A DNA stretch of 64,000 bases. Origin: Phyllobates terribilis. Taxonomy: Eukaryota. The notes under the pieces are model-generated. The model made no database searches. It saw only the letters and a list, made by a program, of their open reading frames with translations, and was not told the DNA's origin. Shown here in pieces: positions 63,270-64,000 of the stretch. Position 1 is the first letter of the stretch, and each line of letters opens with the position of its first letter. A program made the position numbers and the translations under genes. The stretch is taken from the NCBI RefSeq assembly GCF_046119375.1, contig NW_027362764.1:604004001-604068000 (forward strand). Direction: 5' to 3'.

Positions 63270-63915
63270 ACTCAACATTTACAGAGTTGACCCTTATTTT
63301 TCAAGACTTCTACAGTTTGCCCTGACATGCTGGATATCGGCTTCTAGGCAATTACTGTGTTTTTGCTTGTACATCCACTTTTTGATGATTGACCACAGGT
63401 TCTCAATAGGAATGAGATCTGGAGAGTTTCCTGGCCATGGACTCAAAATTTCAATGCTTTGTTCACCAATCCACTTAATTGTCACTTTTGCCTTTTGACA
63501 TGGAACTCCATCATACTGAAAAAAGCATTGCTCATCATCAAATTTCTAATGGATCGTTTGGAGGATGTTTAGATACCATTACTTATTTTTGGCAGTTTTT
63601 TAAGGCAAAATAGTGAGTGAGCCCACTCTCTTAGATGAAAGGCTACCCCATACATGAATGGTCTTTGGATGCTCTACTGTTGACAATAATTTTCAAACAG
63701 TCTGAAGGGGGCTTCATCATAGTAGATAACTTTATCCCAGTCCTGTGCAGTACAGTCCATGTACGTCTTACAGAATGTCAGTCCGTCCTTATTGTTTTTC
63801 TTGGAGAGAAGTGACTTCTTTGCTGCTCTTCTCGACACCAGATCAGCCTCCAAAAGCCTTTACCTCACTGTACATCCAGATGCACTGACACCTACCTGCC
63901 TGTTGCCATTCCTGA
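63270..63915 (-). mobile_element. Decayed Tc1-like fragment related to 32746-34307 (DD35E)
   Basis: FQYDGVPCQKAKVTIKWIGEQSIEILSPWPGNSPDLIPIENLW. Confidence 0.8.
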
Positions 63916-64000
63916 GAAAGCTCTGTACTGGTTTTAAAGCGAACCTGTCATGAGGATTTTGCTAAGTAAACTACAGGCATTGTCTGGTTGGCACTCTTAC

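Overview
Vertebrate genomic DNA, most likely from a frog (inferred from the transposon families present). It has three N-gaps. The only host gene I can support is alpha-dystrobrevin (dtna) on the + strand. Three coding exons (11650-11716, 31505-31585, 60306-60519) splice in frame through GT-AG introns of about 19.8 and 28.7 kb and give [59 protein letters not shown]...LLAAYDP. Most of the rest is transposon-derived: a complete 8.9-kb hAT with perfect 8-bp target-site duplications (TSDs), Tc1-like elements with DD34E, DD35E and DD38E spacing, a young 5'-truncated CR1, a decayed L2, a Penelope-like fragment, five solo LTRs and many palindromic MITEs (TTAA/T2-Kolobok-like, TWA/Harbinger-like, piggyBac-like, Charlie-like). 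The most interesting observations are four. (1) The hAT carries four opposite-strand paralogous copies of part of its own transposase N-terminal region, with in-frame 12-aa repeats. (2) A minimal hammerhead-ribozyme motif lies in the Penelope-like element. (3) A 2A/StopGo-like DISPNPGP motif precedes the L2 endonuclease. (4) A chimeric Tc1/Penelope foldback creates a candidate poison exon in dtna. Everything was read by eye; no alignments or database searches were run.
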